From a virus (taxonomy: Duplodnaviria > Caudoviricetes): a stretch of DNA of 64,000 bases. Below the pieces are notes generated by a model. The model made no database searches. It had not been told where the DNA came from and saw nothing but the letters and a program-made list of their open reading frames with translations. The stretch's first letter is position 1, and the number at the start of each line of letters is the position of its first letter. Location of the stretch: the IMG/VR virus record IMGVR_UViG_3300027255_000165; one strand, given 5' to 3'. Shown one piece after another: positions 26,520 to 36,668 of the stretch. The position numbers and the translations under genes were made by a program.

Positions 26520-28589
26520 CTATTCGCTCAGAACGGTTACTATGAAGTTGTATGTTTCTAATCTTCCACTGTCGGATATTACTAGAACTCCAAAATACAC
26601 TCCATCTGATACTCCACTACCGTTCCAGTCGTTTCGATAGTCCTCAGTCTTGAAGACAATACCTCCCCATCGATTAAAGATGGTTAATGCTCTATTGTCC
26701 CAATTCATTAGATTTTGAATTGTAAGCATATCATTTATACCATCTCCGTTTGGAGTAATGACGTTAGGAATTACGACATAAGGAGGTTCGGGTTGAACAC
26801 ATCTGACATAGTTACTCTCTGAAGTGTATCCTCCATTTGTGGTAACAACTTTCACATCATAATTGCCCACCTCCAAAGTATCGGATTTCATGCAGTATGT
26901 TGTGTCGGTGATTGCAATATCGTTCCACTTGATCCACTGGTTTTGATAGTTTATGTAAACATCATATTGTGGAGTTGGCCAACCGTTGTATTGATTCCAA
27001 ATCAAATACAATGAATCACATTCACCGCTACCTCTTAGCCAAATAGAATGAATTGAATCTGAAGGTCCGAATGTAAATCCACTGTATCTAAAGTCAATCT
27101 TATACGAATATGTTTGATTGCCAACATTAGTGGCAGTTAGATCATCGTAGTGCTTTTTCTTCCAATTAGTAACCAACTGGCGGAATTGATACTGAGTTCC
27201 ATCCCATCTCCAAATACCGTATCCGTCAAAATATGTTGTATCGAATGATGTAGAATCTCTTGTCCATTGTAGAGTAGTGTGGTTATCATTTACCACGCTC
27301 ACATTCTTAAAATCCCACACTGGTTCAAAACAATCATCTACAATGATAACCAACGTGTCGAACTCGTTCATTGGGAATCCACACTTATTGGTTAGGGTGT
27401 TTCCATCGTTACCGGTCTTTGAATAGAGGAAGTATCTGCCATTTACCAACAATGGTTTGAATAGATGAACTCGAATGGCTTGAGTTTCGCCGTTCACATC
27501 ACATGTTGCAGAAAGTTTACTGATTGGAATTGGTTGACCCAATGGATTAGTTAATCGGAAATCAGTTCCATCCTCTGAAATAGATTCACAATCTAATTTA
27601 ACCAAGAAGTTCAAATCAATCACTGAATCTCCACAATCATAATCAATCGCAGGTAACATCGTAACTGAATCAATGTATTGTCCTGGATAGTTGTAATCCA
27701 ACACTACGCCTTGAGATGCTGCCGGTGAACAGTTAGCTGAAATAGAGATCATCATATCTCTTGACGCTGAACCGACTTGATACCAGATATAATAGAGTGA
27801 ATCATACCTGTATTCAGTAATCTTAATGCTCATCACATCAATCTCTTGCTGAGTTGGCAAGAATGAAATGGTTCCAGTCTTTGGATTCAGATTAAAATAG
27901 GTTGAAGTTACTGGCTGAGTTGCTGACCAACCTGCATCAAATGGAATGTTAGTTTGATTAGGATACGCATTCTCTCTACAGTTTATCATTTCATAATGAA
28001 CGCTGTCGCCATCATACTCAACGCTCTTCTGTGCCCAATTAAATGCATTACCCACACAAAATGCACGAACAGGTTCAGATATAAAGATTGGTGAAGAATT
28101 CTCACCTAACATGTTATCTAGGTTTGCATCGAAGAAAAAGCCATCATTACCAAATCCATTTGAGGTATTAATGTTTGTTATACCACCTGGTCTACAGCAA
28201 TTAGAGTACCAAAACTTAAATGTGGAACAAGCGCCTGGTAGTGTTACATACCCTTTATAAGTATAAATTTCAAGTGTTTTGGTTCCAGCGCTACCTACTG
28301 TTACACAATCAAACAATGTTGGAGCAACCAATCCTGAACCCGCTTGTAGAGTCATAGGAACGTTAATGTTTGCATAACAGTTTGATGAAACTGTAACCGT
28401 TTCGGTCGTAGGCATGCCGATTCCTGTGACATCTCTATAAACTCGCAGGATTACCTTATACTGTCTGGCCACGCCAGTTGAATCGCCAATATAGCGGTAT
28501 TGAATGTCGCCGCCTGAAAGGTGACTTGCTTGGGTCATTAGACCGAGGATCATAAAGAGACCCAATAAGAACTTTTTCATACTTATCAC
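26520..28589 (-). CDS. Secreted protein with gliding-motility-associated (T9SS type B, CHU_C) C-terminal domain
   Basis: Signal peptide, SHLSGGDIQY motif, C-terminal PNVITPNGDGIND...IFNRWG..V.....Y.NDW.G...DGVYF. Confidence 0.9.
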   Translation of the reverse strand: MISMKKFLLGLFMILGLMTQASHLSGGDIQYRYIGDSTGVARQYKVILRVYRDVTGIGMPTTETVTVSSNCYANINVPMTLQAGSGLVAPTLFDCVTVGSAGTKTLEIYTYKGYVTLPGACSTFKFWYSNCCRPGGITNINTSNGFGNDGFFFDANLDNMLGENSSPIFISEPVRAFCVGNAFNWAQKSVEYDGDSVHYEMINCRENAYPNQTNIPFDAGWSATQPVTSTYFNLNPKTGTISFLPTQQEIDVMSIKITEYRYDSLYYIWYQVGSASRDMMISISANCSPAASQGVVLDYNYPGQYIDSVTMLPAIDYDCGDSVIDLNFLVKLDCESISEDGTDFRLTNPLGQPIPISKLSATCDVNGETQAIRVHLFKPLLVNGRYFLYSKTGNDGNTLTNKCGFPMNEFDTLVIIVDDCFEPVWDFKNVSVVNDNHTTLQWTRDSTSFDTTYFDGYGIWRWDGTQYQFRQLVTNWKKKHYDDLTATNVGNQTYSYKIDFRYSGFTFGPSDSIHSIWLRGSGECDSLYLIWNQYNGWPTPQYDVYINYQNQWIKWNDIAITDTTYCMKSDTLEVGNYDVKVVTTNGGYTSESNYVRCVQPEPPYVVIPNVITPNGDGINDMLTIQNLMNWDNRALTIFNRWGGIVFKTEDYRNDWNGSGVSDGVYFGVLVISDSGRLETYNFIVTVLSE

Positions 28590-29515
28590 TGGACAAAGAT
28601 TTTTTCAAATCCGGTATTATATTCAACTAGATATAATTGACCGCTTGGAAGATATTCCATATCCTTTTGAATATAACGCCCAAGCATATCATAAACGCCT
28701 AGAACCTTCTTTTCTCTTTCAAACTCAGTAATACCAATCGAAGACGGTGTGATGGTGTACGTCATTTGAACGTAGCACTGTGATGCTTTAATACCACCAC
28801 TTCTCCATTCTGTTAGTTTATAACCTGTAACAAAGTTACCAACGGTTGATGGTGTCCAATTAATCATACCACCACCCATTGTGTAAATACCATAACTTGT
28901 TAATTGGTTGAATGGCGCTAATGGCACAAAGGTGTTGTTTGCATGTTGACCTAAAGCATCCCACATTTCATATTGAATAGAATCATTCTCAAACAGGTTA
29001 TCGTTGATCAAAGCTTTTAAGTCAATCACACTGGTAAAGTTCTGTGGCATCCTACATGTTGGTAGATAGTTTGGCATCGGAGTGTTATTATTCACTGCAT
29101 TCAAACGATCAACATCAAGAGCAATCAAGAAATCACTAGTAAAAGAATTTGATGCATTAACAGTCATGCCTCGGCAACAATGTGAATAGATGAAGCGGTA
29201 CTTACTCATGTAAAACTGCTTGTATCCACTGACGTAGGTTGACAATAGATTACCATCCGCCATTGTGTCAGTACTTGTTAGAGTGACTGTTACGTTCTCT
29301 GAGAACAGATAGAAGCTATTGTTCTCAATATAAACTGCGACTGTTTGGCTTGCGGGTAAGATTCCCTGCGGGTCCGTAATAAGATATAGAGCAACTGACT
29401 GATTGTTAGGTTGAGAAGTTGGATCATGAGTCATGGCCAACATTCCACCTAAGATGTGTGACGCAAAAGCAGTACTATTTACTGCTAATAAAAGGGCTAG
29501 TAAAATCTTTTTCAT
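28586..29515 (-). CDS. Secreted protein with degenerate T9SS type A-like C-terminal domain
   Basis: Signal peptide, SHILGG motif, C-terminal YDMLGR......SGQLYLVEY....KIFVQ. Confidence 0.7.
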   Translation of the reverse strand: MKKILLALLLAVNSTAFASHILGGMLAMTHDPTSQPNNQSVALYLITDPQGILPASQTVAVYIENNSFYLFSENVTVTLTSTDTMADGNLLSTYVSGYKQFYMSKYRFIYSHCCRGMTVNASNSFTSDFLIALDVDRLNAVNNNTPMPNYLPTCRMPQNFTSVIDLKALINDNLFENDSIQYEMWDALGQHANNTFVPLAPFNQLTSYGIYTMGGGMINWTPSTVGNFVTGYKLTEWRSGGIKASQCYVQMTYTITPSSIGITEFEREKKVLGVYDMLGRYIQKDMEYLPSGQLYLVEYNTGFEKIFVQ

Positions 29516-29952
29516 TCTTCGTCACCAAAATCATCCATAAATACTGCTAATCGAGAAGATGGCATCATAATCGATACCATTCGATGATCACCATACTTAG
29601 TGAAAATAAAAGTACATTGATCGCCAGTCTGAACTTCAATACATTCGCATCGAACAAATTCAGTTCCTTCTTCGGTTTTATCGTAATTAACCTGATAAAC
29701 CGTAAAAGTGTATGTAACCTTTGTCTTAATGTCAGTAATAACAATCTTTCCTGTGTTAGATTGATTGACATTAGTTTCAATCATATTGTATTCTTCATAT
29801 CGCGCAAGCTTATTAAAGAACATGTATTTACTTTCAACTTCAGACCAAACCATGTCTTGAGTTGAAGTATGGTCGGTGATCATTCGCCCAGTAATTTGAG
29901 CAGAGAGGTTTGTAGTTAGGACTACGAGCAGGGTTAAAAGTAGCTTTTTCAT
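29512..29952 (-). CDS. Secreted hypothetical protein
   Basis: Signal peptide MKKLLLTLLVVLTTNLSAQ. Confidence 0.7.
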   Translation of the reverse strand: MKKLLLTLLVVLTTNLSAQITGRMITDHTSTQDMVWSEVESKYMFFNKLARYEEYNMIETNVNQSNTGKIVITDIKTKVTYTFTVYQVNYDKTEEGTEFVRCECIEVQTGDQCTFIFTKYGDHRMVSIMMPSSRLAVFMDDFGDEE

Positions 29953-29953
29953 T

Positions 29954-30418
29954 TTAGTTCATGATTACAATATACCAGTTAAGAGAAGATGCGATCATCA
30001 ACCAAATTAGATACGGCATGATCCAGATCATTCGACCCCAACCGTTGATGATTCGTGTAAAGTGTGCCATTACAAAAATAATGATCGATAGTATTGAAAT
30101 CATGATTGCTGCACCGAGCACATGTTGGCCAAAGAACACGTAATTCCAAAAGATGTTTAGTAGCAGAGCTTCAGGAAAAAGGGCATAAGGAAGAGGATTC
30201 TCTTCATCTCTCCATTCATTGGCCATAAAGACTGAGAACGTTACACCAATAATGGTCCAAGCCAAGCCAAAGACCCAACCCGGTGGAGTCCAAGGCGCTT
30301 GATTCAAAGAAGTGTACCAGTCGCTAGTTACACCAGGGCCTGTTGCAAGACCACCGAGCCAAAGCCCTGCAAAGTTCACAGCCATAAAAGCCATGAGGGT
30401 GAGAATGTAGTTCTTCAT
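29954..30418 (-). CDS. tspO: TspO/MBR tryptophan-rich sensory protein
   Basis: WY..L...PWTPPGWVFG.AWT; LN..W...FF; PY..WL..A..LN. Confidence 0.92.
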   Translation of the reverse strand: MKNYILTLMAFMAVNFAGLWLGGLATGPGVTSDWYTSLNQAPWTPPGWVFGLAWTIIGVTFSVFMANEWRDEENPLPYALFPEALLLNIFWNYVFFGQHVLGAAIMISILSIIIFVMAHFTRIINGWGRMIWIMPYLIWLMIASSLNWYIVIMN

Positions 30419-30888
30419 TATTTTGAGGTATTGATAATTCCACCGATGATTTCGGTGTCAGCTAGGTGGTCAAACTCGTTATAAACATTAACGATATAAC
30501 CTTCTTCGGCTGGGGTAAAAGATCGAACGATCAAACCCTTTAATTCTTCGCCAAAGTACTTCATGTCCATGCCAGCAGTAACATAAGGACCGCCAGATGG
30601 ATCAACCATACTGATGGTTTTTGTATCTGAATAGACTAGTGATCGGTACTTCTTAGAGATTTCAGAAAATTCAAATGTGACATTGTCATAGTGGTGTACT
30701 TCCTTCTTAAAGTCCTCAATATGAAGATCACCGCCATCTTTGCGGTATTGTTCGTAAGCCTCTTTATAAACATTAGGCCAACTGAATCGACTGTGATCAA
30801 AGTTGCCTTGCCACAGAATTTTGGTTTCATCTACCTTGGTGAAGGTGTGGACGTCGTTGTAACGATTTGTATATTTTACCATAGTCAT
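30418..30888 (-). CDS. Hypothetical protein
   Basis: 156-aa ORF behind a class M promoter. Confidence 0.65.
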   Translation of the reverse strand: MTMVKYTNRYNDVHTFTKVDETKILWQGNFDHSRFSWPNVYKEAYEQYRKDGGDLHIEDFKKEVHHYDNVTFEFSEISKKYRSLVYSDTKTISMVDPSGGPYVTAGMDMKYFGEELKGLIVRSFTPAEEGYIVNVYNEFDHLADTEIIGGIINTSK

Positions 30889-30941
30889 AAGTTAACTATA
30901 GATTATACACTAGATCCACAAAAAGTTTCAAAGTAAAAAAG

Positions 30942-31100
30942 AAGGACCGCCGTCGGCACCTACTGTGCTCTAACCGCTCTTTACAGCATGCGGTGGGGGG
31001 ACGGTGGCATGCGGTAGGGTTCCGCAGAGGTCGACTTCCAGCCATTTTCCGTCATTTACCCGGCCTTATCCCACACTAGTATCGTGGGAGGGGCGGTCCT
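30942..31100 (-). ncRNA. Candidate structured ncRNA (~160 nt, GC-rich), family unknown
   Basis: Terminal helix AGGACCGCC/GGCGGTCCT with internal helices TCCCAC/GTGGGA, CCG/CGG, GCGG/CCGC, ATGC/GCAT and CTGT/ACAG; no ORF. Confidence 0.6.
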
Positions 31101-31141
31101 ATTTTTAACCGTTGAACTTAGGGCGTCCAACGAACCCATTG

Positions 31142-31215
31142 CGGTGCGGACGGGACTTGAACCCGCGACCCTCGGCGTGACAGGCCGATATTCTGACCAA
31201 CTGAACTACCGCACC
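31142..31215 (-). tRNA. tRNA-Asp(GTC)
   Basis: Acceptor GGTGCGG/CCGCACC, anticodon loop CTGTCAC, T-loop TTCAAG; no encoded CCA. Confidence 0.95.
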
Positions 31216-31224
31216 AGAAGCTGA

Positions 31225-31407
31225 TTACTCAGCTTTAGACTTTTCAGAGATGTCCAAACGAACATCCTGAGCGATCTTTTTAAGGTCTTGCATGGCCTTG
31301 CGAACACGAGTTCCAGCTGCCTTATTCTTTTTGTCGTAAAACTTGATCGCATCAGCTTCTACTGAATCAATCACTTCTTTTAGTTGATTAAAAATATCCA
31401 TATCCAT
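31225..31407 (-). CDS. Bacteroidota-type histone H1-like (Hc1-like) small basic protein
   Basis: DA.KFY.K.NKAAGTRVRK.MQDLK..AQDVR motif. Confidence 0.75.
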   Translation of the reverse strand: MDMDIFNQLKEVIDSVEADAIKFYDKKNKAAGTRVRKAMQDLKKIAQDVRLDISEKSKAE

Positions 31408-31462
31408 TTTAATGTGTATTTAGAGTAATTATATTTAATTATGCCGAAAAGTTTCAACCTTT

Positions 31463-31750
31463 CTATATATTAAAGGTAGAATCTTTAGGTTCAACGATTT
31501 CAACTGTTGAAACAACCTGCTCAATCGGCTTTTGAACGGGTGTTGATTTTGGTTGAACGTGTGGAAGAACACATTCAATTGGAATTTCTTTGATAACTTC
31601 TATAACGATGGTATCGTGAACAACTTCGATTCTTTCTTGACTTTCAAAATATGAAGAAACACCGTAAGTTAGGCCAAAGATGACAGAAGATAATAAAATT
31701 ATTAGGACTGCACCTGCCCAAAATAGATCACCAAATACTTTACCTTTCAT
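31463..31750 (-). CDS. Hypothetical membrane-anchored protein
   Basis: N-terminal TM; VVHDTIVIEV. Confidence 0.6.
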   Translation of the reverse strand: MKGKVFGDLFWAGAVLIILLSSVIFGLTYGVSSYFESQERIEVVHDTIVIEVIKEIPIECVLPHVQPKSTPVQKPIEQVVSTVEIVEPKDSTFNI

Positions 31751-32243
31751 TGACCAAATTATTATAGATTGACTTTAATGAGTGCTCAACGTTATTCTTG
31801 ATTTCAGCTTCCATCTCCTCTCGACGACGCTCAACTTCATTGTCAAAAACCCTAGTGATTTTATCAAATAGATTAGTACCGTTAACTTTAATGTTATAGC
31901 TGTAGGTGTGATTGATAATGTCAATGGTGTCTTTATTGATAACAATAAAGATTTGATTATCTTCGCTCTTAATGTATCGTTTACCCGAAATAGGGGACAT
32001 TAATAGAGTTGATAATGGATTTGAAATTAATTTATGACAGATTCCAAATGTTTCTCTGTAGTAATCTGTGTTTCTTTCAGTATACAATTTCTCTGGATTG
32101 ACCATCTTGGCCACCTTCAAACCCCAATACTGGGTTCGACGACGAAACACATGAAGAAACTTATCTGCGTTAGAACGATTCTGGCCGGTCATCGTTGATT
32201 TGATTTTGAATTTGATCCACCTTTCCACTAACTCGATCTGCAA
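31740..32243 (-). CDS. Hypothetical protein
   Basis: 167-aa ORF; start uncertain. Confidence 0.65.
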   Translation of the reverse strand: MQIELVERWIKFKIKSTMTGQNRSNADKFLHVFRRRTQYWGLKVAKMVNPEKLYTERNTDYYRETFGICHKLISNPLSTLLMSPISGKRYIKSEDNQIFIVINKDTIDIINHTYSYNIKVNGTNLFDKITRVFDNEVERRREEMEAEIKNNVEHSLKSIYNNLVNER

Positions 32244-32574
32244 ATGCAGCTACCTCGGCGATGTTTTGGTTTAGATTAGCCATCATCGCTCGCAAATCGC
32301 TTAATTCCTGAATGTTAGCAATCACATTCTTTTCAAGCGAATCAACGTGTTTAGACAGTTCTTCATCTTTTGATGAATTTTTTCGATCTGCATTACACGC
32401 TTCCATCTGTCCTTCAAGAGTTATAGAGATTGCTTCAAGCTCTAGAACATGATCTTGAAGATCTTCCAAAACCTCAAGGGCTTCGTCGAGTGCTTCGATT
32501 TTACTGTGCATCTTAGCGGCCAATAAGGCGACAAGGGCAGCGCAAATCATTGTAATAATAAACATAATTTCCAT
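32170..32574 (-). CDS. TM-anchored coiled-coil protein
   Basis: N-terminal hydrophobic helix plus heptads. Confidence 0.65.
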   Translation of the reverse strand: MEIMFIITMICAALVALLAAKMHSKIEALDEALEVLEDLQDHVLELEAISITLEGQMEACNADRKNSSKDEELSKHVDSLEKNVIANIQELSDLRAMMANLNQNIAEVAAFADRVSGKVDQIQNQINDDRPESF

Positions 32575-32579
32575 GATAG

Positions 32580-33698
32580 TTATACCTTAAAGAATGAGTT
32601 TGTTTCAAGTTGATGAAGGGCTGCTGCGACAACCTGATGCATATCGTAATAACGATACGTTCCTAATCTTCCTCCAAAGTGAACAGTTGACATTCCTTCA
32701 GCTGAAGCCTTGTATTTTTGATAGATTTGACCATTGGTGTCATCATTCACTGGATAAAAGGGTTCAACATCTTGTGTGTATTCTTGGGGGAATTCCCAGC
32801 TAACATACGTTTTCTTTTGACCATGGTCATCAAACCACTTATGTTCAATGATACGAGTATGTGGAGTTTCTTCGTCCGTATAATTCATGACTGCGCACCC
32901 TTGATAATTATCTTGATCCATCAATTCATTGTGCCACTTAACTGATTTGTATTCCAATAAACCGTGTTTATAATTGAAAAACTTATCGATGGGACCGGTG
33001 TAGATGACTTTCAGCGCTTTGGCGTTCCAATAGTCTTTTTCTGAAAGATAGTCTTCGTTTAATCGAACGTCAATACCATTTAATAATTTTTCAAAGATCT
33101 GAGTGTACCCTCCAATTGGCATTCCCTGATAACGATCATTAAAGTAGTTGTTATCGTATGTGAATCTTACAGGTAGACGTTTGATGATTGCAGCTGGAAG
33201 TTCTGTAGGATCTTTGCGCCATTGTTTGGCAGTGTAACCCTTAATCAATCTTTCGTATACATCTTTTCCTACCAATGACAGGGCTTGTTCTTCGAGATTA
33301 GTAATTTTACCCGTGAATCGTTGTTTTTCAATCATATCTTTTGCCTCTTCCGGAGAGGATACGCCCCAGATCTGATTGAATGTGGTCATATTGAATGGCA
33401 AATTGTAGATACTATTCTTATAATTTGCAATTACGTTATGACTGTACTGTCTAAACTCGGCGAAATTATTGACATAATCCCAGACCCGTTTATCATTAGT
33501 GTGAAAGATATGAGCTCCATACCGATGTACATGCACGCCTTCAACGTTTTCAGTGTAACAGTTTCCGCCGATATGTGCCCTTTTATCAATCACCAAAACT
33601 CGATAACCTTGTTTGGTTAACTCGTGGGCACATATCGAACCATACAGTCCGGCTCCAACGATTAGGAAATCATACTTATCTTGAGATACCGAAGACAC
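32580..33698 (-). CDS. glf: UDP-galactopyranose mutase
   Basis: GAGLYG, HIGGNC, YGAHIFHT, RYQGMP.GGY, FGGRLGTYRYYDMHQV. Confidence 0.97.
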   Translation of the reverse strand: MSSVSQDKYDFLIVGAGLYGSICAHELTKQGYRVLVIDKRAHIGGNCYTENVEGVHVHRYGAHIFHTNDKRVWDYVNNFAEFRQYSHNVIANYKNSIYNLPFNMTTFNQIWGVSSPEEAKDMIEKQRFTGKITNLEEQALSLVGKDVYERLIKGYTAKQWRKDPTELPAAIIKRLPVRFTYDNNYFNDRYQGMPIGGYTQIFEKLLNGIDVRLNEDYLSEKDYWNAKALKVIYTGPIDKFFNYKHGLLEYKSVKWHNELMDQDNYQGCAVMNYTDEETPHTRIIEHKWFDDHGQKKTYVSWEFPQEYTQDVEPFYPVNDDTNGQIYQKYKASAEGMSTVHFGGRLGTYRYYDMHQVVAAALHQLETNSFFKV

Positions 33699-34995
33699 CT
33701 GTTAAAGTAATTGGATTTGGTGTTGTTTCACCGTTAGACAAAACGAAGTCAACTGATTTTTCTGGCGTTGATTGAACAACTGGAGGTGTTGTGCCTTCAA
33801 GATCATCAATGATGTATTGAGGAATCTGATCGTGAACTCTCTTCATCCATTCGATCTCATGATCGTAAGATTTGCCCAAGTATCGTAGAGATTTGATGTG
33901 AAGCCAGAATGGGTGGGCAGACGTATTATAATACGCAGAGTTATGAATCAAGAACGTATATGTTGGGAAGGGATTCTTTCTCTTACTGTCCCTTAGCATT
34001 TTGAATGATAGCTTCATCATCTCTTCATGCCTACCTAATTGCTCTAATAATTCGGTTTGAGCCATCATTGCCTCATTTCGAGCGGGATTAAATTCAAGCG
34101 CCTTTTCATAAGTTTCAAGAGCCATGTCATATTTTCCCATGAATTTATACGCATTACCAATTAAGAACATTGCATAGTAACCCATGTCATCGATATTGGC
34201 TGGCTTTTGGGTTTGAGAATAATTATGAAGCTTGTTCAAGTACATATTAAAATAGAAGATACAGCGACGGGCATATTCTCTTGCGTGATCTATGCCAAAT
34301 GGAAATTCATCAGGATTACCATAAGAATCACTATAAGATTTACCAATGTACCATAAATGATAATCATCTTCAAGAACCTTGTTTGAAGGTACTTTATCGC
34401 TTTCTAATTCGAGAGCATCTTTCAAAAACTTCATTGGAGCGAACCAGGTTTCACCATCATTGGTAATAACCTGACGGAATCCAGTTTCAAGATTAACTCG
34501 ATTAAATCCTTCACCGATCACGGGTAGGTGAATTGTTTCGTGGCGCTTATCGTGAGCAAAGAACCATGGACGGTGAGCGTTCCACATCCATGTACGATAA
34601 TACATTGCATCTCCTGGATCGGCAACAATGTTAAATGAATCGATCATCGTATCGTTAAATGGACTCCAATCGAAATTTTCATCAACCGAAAGCTGCTCGT
34701 CGGCATCCATACGTAAGATCCAATCGCATCCATGATCCGCCTCTAGAGCAGTTTGAAGAGTGTGATCTCGGTTCCAACCTGGATAATCCCAATCAATTTC
34801 ATAGGTAAATCCTGGAACTCCATTTTGAGCAAAGAAATCATCAATGATTTGTTTGGTGTTATCGATTTTACCGTTACATTGAATTACGTAATAGTCAACG
34901 TAACCTACAACGGATTTTAACATTCTGGTGATAGTGGCTTCTTCATTGCCCACCATCGCATTTAAACAGATTTTTACGTTCTTTGGCTTTTTCAT
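33676..34995 (-). CDS. GT2-like glycosyltransferase with TPR
   Basis: ICLNAMVGNE...I.RML.S, WILRMDADE, C-terminal TPR. Confidence 0.75.
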   Translation of the reverse strand: MKKPKNVKICLNAMVGNEEATITRMLKSVVGYVDYYVIQCNGKIDNTKQIIDDFFAQNGVPGFTYEIDWDYPGWNRDHTLQTALEADHGCDWILRMDADEQLSVDENFDWSPFNDTMIDSFNIVADPGDAMYYRTWMWNAHRPWFFAHDKRHETIHLPVIGEGFNRVNLETGFRQVITNDGETWFAPMKFLKDALELESDKVPSNKVLEDDYHLWYIGKSYSDSYGNPDEFPFGIDHAREYARRCIFYFNMYLNKLHNYSQTQKPANIDDMGYYAMFLIGNAYKFMGKYDMALETYEKALEFNPARNEAMMAQTELLEQLGRHEEMMKLSFKMLRDSKRKNPFPTYTFLIHNSAYYNTSAHPFWLHIKSLRYLGKSYDHEIEWMKRVHDQIPQYIIDDLEGTTPPVVQSTPEKSVDFVLSNGETTPNPITLTGVFGISR

Positions 34996-36668
34996 TTTCG
35001 AGTAATTAGATAATTATTAAGCACCAATGCGTATAAGTTTCTTTTTAGGAACGTATTTATTGCATTGGTAGGAGTTTCAACGATAGGTTCTTCAGGTCCA
35101 TTGAATGAAGTGTTCAACACGACTGGAACGCCTGACACTTCATTGAATTTACTGATTAGCTTGTGATATTTTGGATTGTTATCTGGTGTAACTGATTGAT
35201 AGCGGGCAGTTCCGTCAATGTGAGTAACTGCTGGAATCTTGCTTCTCCATTCTGGTTTAACTTCAGTGGTAACCAGCATGTATGGAGAATACGTATCAAG
35301 TTCGAAGATTTCGGCCTGTTTTTCATATAGCACCGAAGGCGCAAATGGGCGATACCATTCCCTGAGTTTGATTTCACTATTAATGTACTGTGGCATCCAA
35401 GCCTGTTTTGGTGAGGCCAAGATTGAACGACAACCTAGAGCACGTGGACCCATTTCGGAACCCTTCTGAAACCATCCGATGACTCTATTTTCATTCAATA
35501 AATTAGCAACAGTATCTACCATTTCATCTTCTTCAAGTTTTATTACATTAATTGAAGAAGAATAAAGGTCAATTGCATCATTGATTTCTTGTTCAGTATA
35601 TGTTTTTCCAAGATACGCTGTCATCCATCCTTCAGAAGTTGGAATTTTACCCATCAATACATGCGAACCGTAATATGCACAGCCGATGGGAATACCACTG
35701 TCATCAGCAGGAGGCATGAAGTATGCATTATCGTAAATACCTTCTCTAATAATAAGCTCATTAGTGTTACAATTTAAGAAAGATCCGCCAGCTACACAAA
35801 TGTTATTTGAATTGGTTATTTTCTTTGCCATCTTTGCAAGGTGAAGGGACGACAATTCCTGTTCACGCTGATAGAGGCCTGCAACGTTAGCCTTTTGTTG
35901 AAAGTTTGATTGCCATGTTACTTCGGGATAAAAGGTCTGCACCATAACGTACATATCTTCATCTTCAAATCTCGTTTGAATCGGGTGGGAATCAACCCAC
36001 TCCTTATTAGCATAAGATGCAAGCCCCATTAACTTTCCAGCTTGCCACGTATTGTGAACGGGGTTATATACAAGTTGCTTTGAACCCATTCCATATTTAT
36101 GACCAATTGATGTTTCAGCTTCAGGATCTCCTTCTCTAAAAGGATAAACCACCCACTTACAATATGATTGATTGATGGTTTGATCTTTTCTTGAAAAATG
36201 ATAAATTGAGTAACCTTCTGCTAAATGTTCTCCTGGATTCAACCCTGATTCATCGACCTTAAACCAATCTTTAATTGGGGTTTCGTCATTATAAACTGAT
36301 CCCATTGCGTCTGCAACTACAACTGCAGCCTCATCAAAGTCAGAAGCACAGAAAGTTGAATAGGCATGAGCCAGATGGTGAGGAACAAAGTTTAATCTGT
36401 CTCTTGACATACCGGTTTCAATCTCAAACTCTTCTGGAGCCCTATTGATGTCTTCGGTGGTGTTATAGATAAACGCATCTATGTCTTTATACTCCAGGTT
36501 TAATGCCTCTAGACAATATCTCATTGATTCTAGTGGTAAACTATCGGAATGATCAGTTTTAATGCGAGTAACTCTTTCATTGCTGATTGCAACTTTAAGA
36601 TCTCCGTTGATTGTGATTGCAGCTCCTCGATTGTGACCAATCGAGATTCCCATTACTATGTTATTCAT
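34992..36668 (-). CDS. NodU/CmcH-family carbamoyltransferase
   Basis: HHLAHAYS, GKLMGLASY, PPADDSG, E.GPRALG.RS, RE.YRPFAP, LNTSFN..EEPIVETP. Confidence 0.92.
   Translation of the reverse strand: MNNIVMGISIGHNRGAAITINGDLKVAISNERVTRIKTDHSDSLPLESMRYCLEALNLEYKDIDAFIYNTTEDINRAPEEFEIETGMSRDRLNFVPHHLAHAYSTFCASDFDEAAVVVADAMGSVYNDETPIKDWFKVDESGLNPGEHLAEGYSIYHFSRKDQTINQSYCKWVVYPFREGDPEAETSIGHKYGMGSKQLVYNPVHNTWQAGKLMGLASYANKEWVDSHPIQTRFEDEDMYVMVQTFYPEVTWQSNFQQKANVAGLYQREQELSSLHLAKMAKKITNSNNICVAGGSFLNCNTNELIIREGIYDNAYFMPPADDSGIPIGCAYYGSHVLMGKIPTSEGWMTAYLGKTYTEQEINDAIDLYSSSINVIKLEEDEMVDTVANLLNENRVIGWFQKGSEMGPRALGCRSILASPKQAWMPQYINSEIKLREWYRPFAPSVLYEKQAEIFELDTYSPYMLVTTEVKPEWRSKIPAVTHIDGTARYQSVTPDNNPKYHKLISKFNEVSGVPVVLNTSFNGPEEPIVETPTNAINTFLKRNLYALVLNNYLITRK

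Noticed and set aside
30942-31100. This RNA as tmRNA, SRP RNA or the missing RNase P S-domain
   Set aside because: No tRNA-like ends or tag ORF, no SRP helix-8 motif, and no CR-II/CR-III sequences recognised.
31101-31135. GCCCTAAG hairpin as a pistol or theta ribozyme after tRNA-Asp
   Set aside because: No complementary TTAGGGC pseudoknot strand or HDV-like core could be identified.
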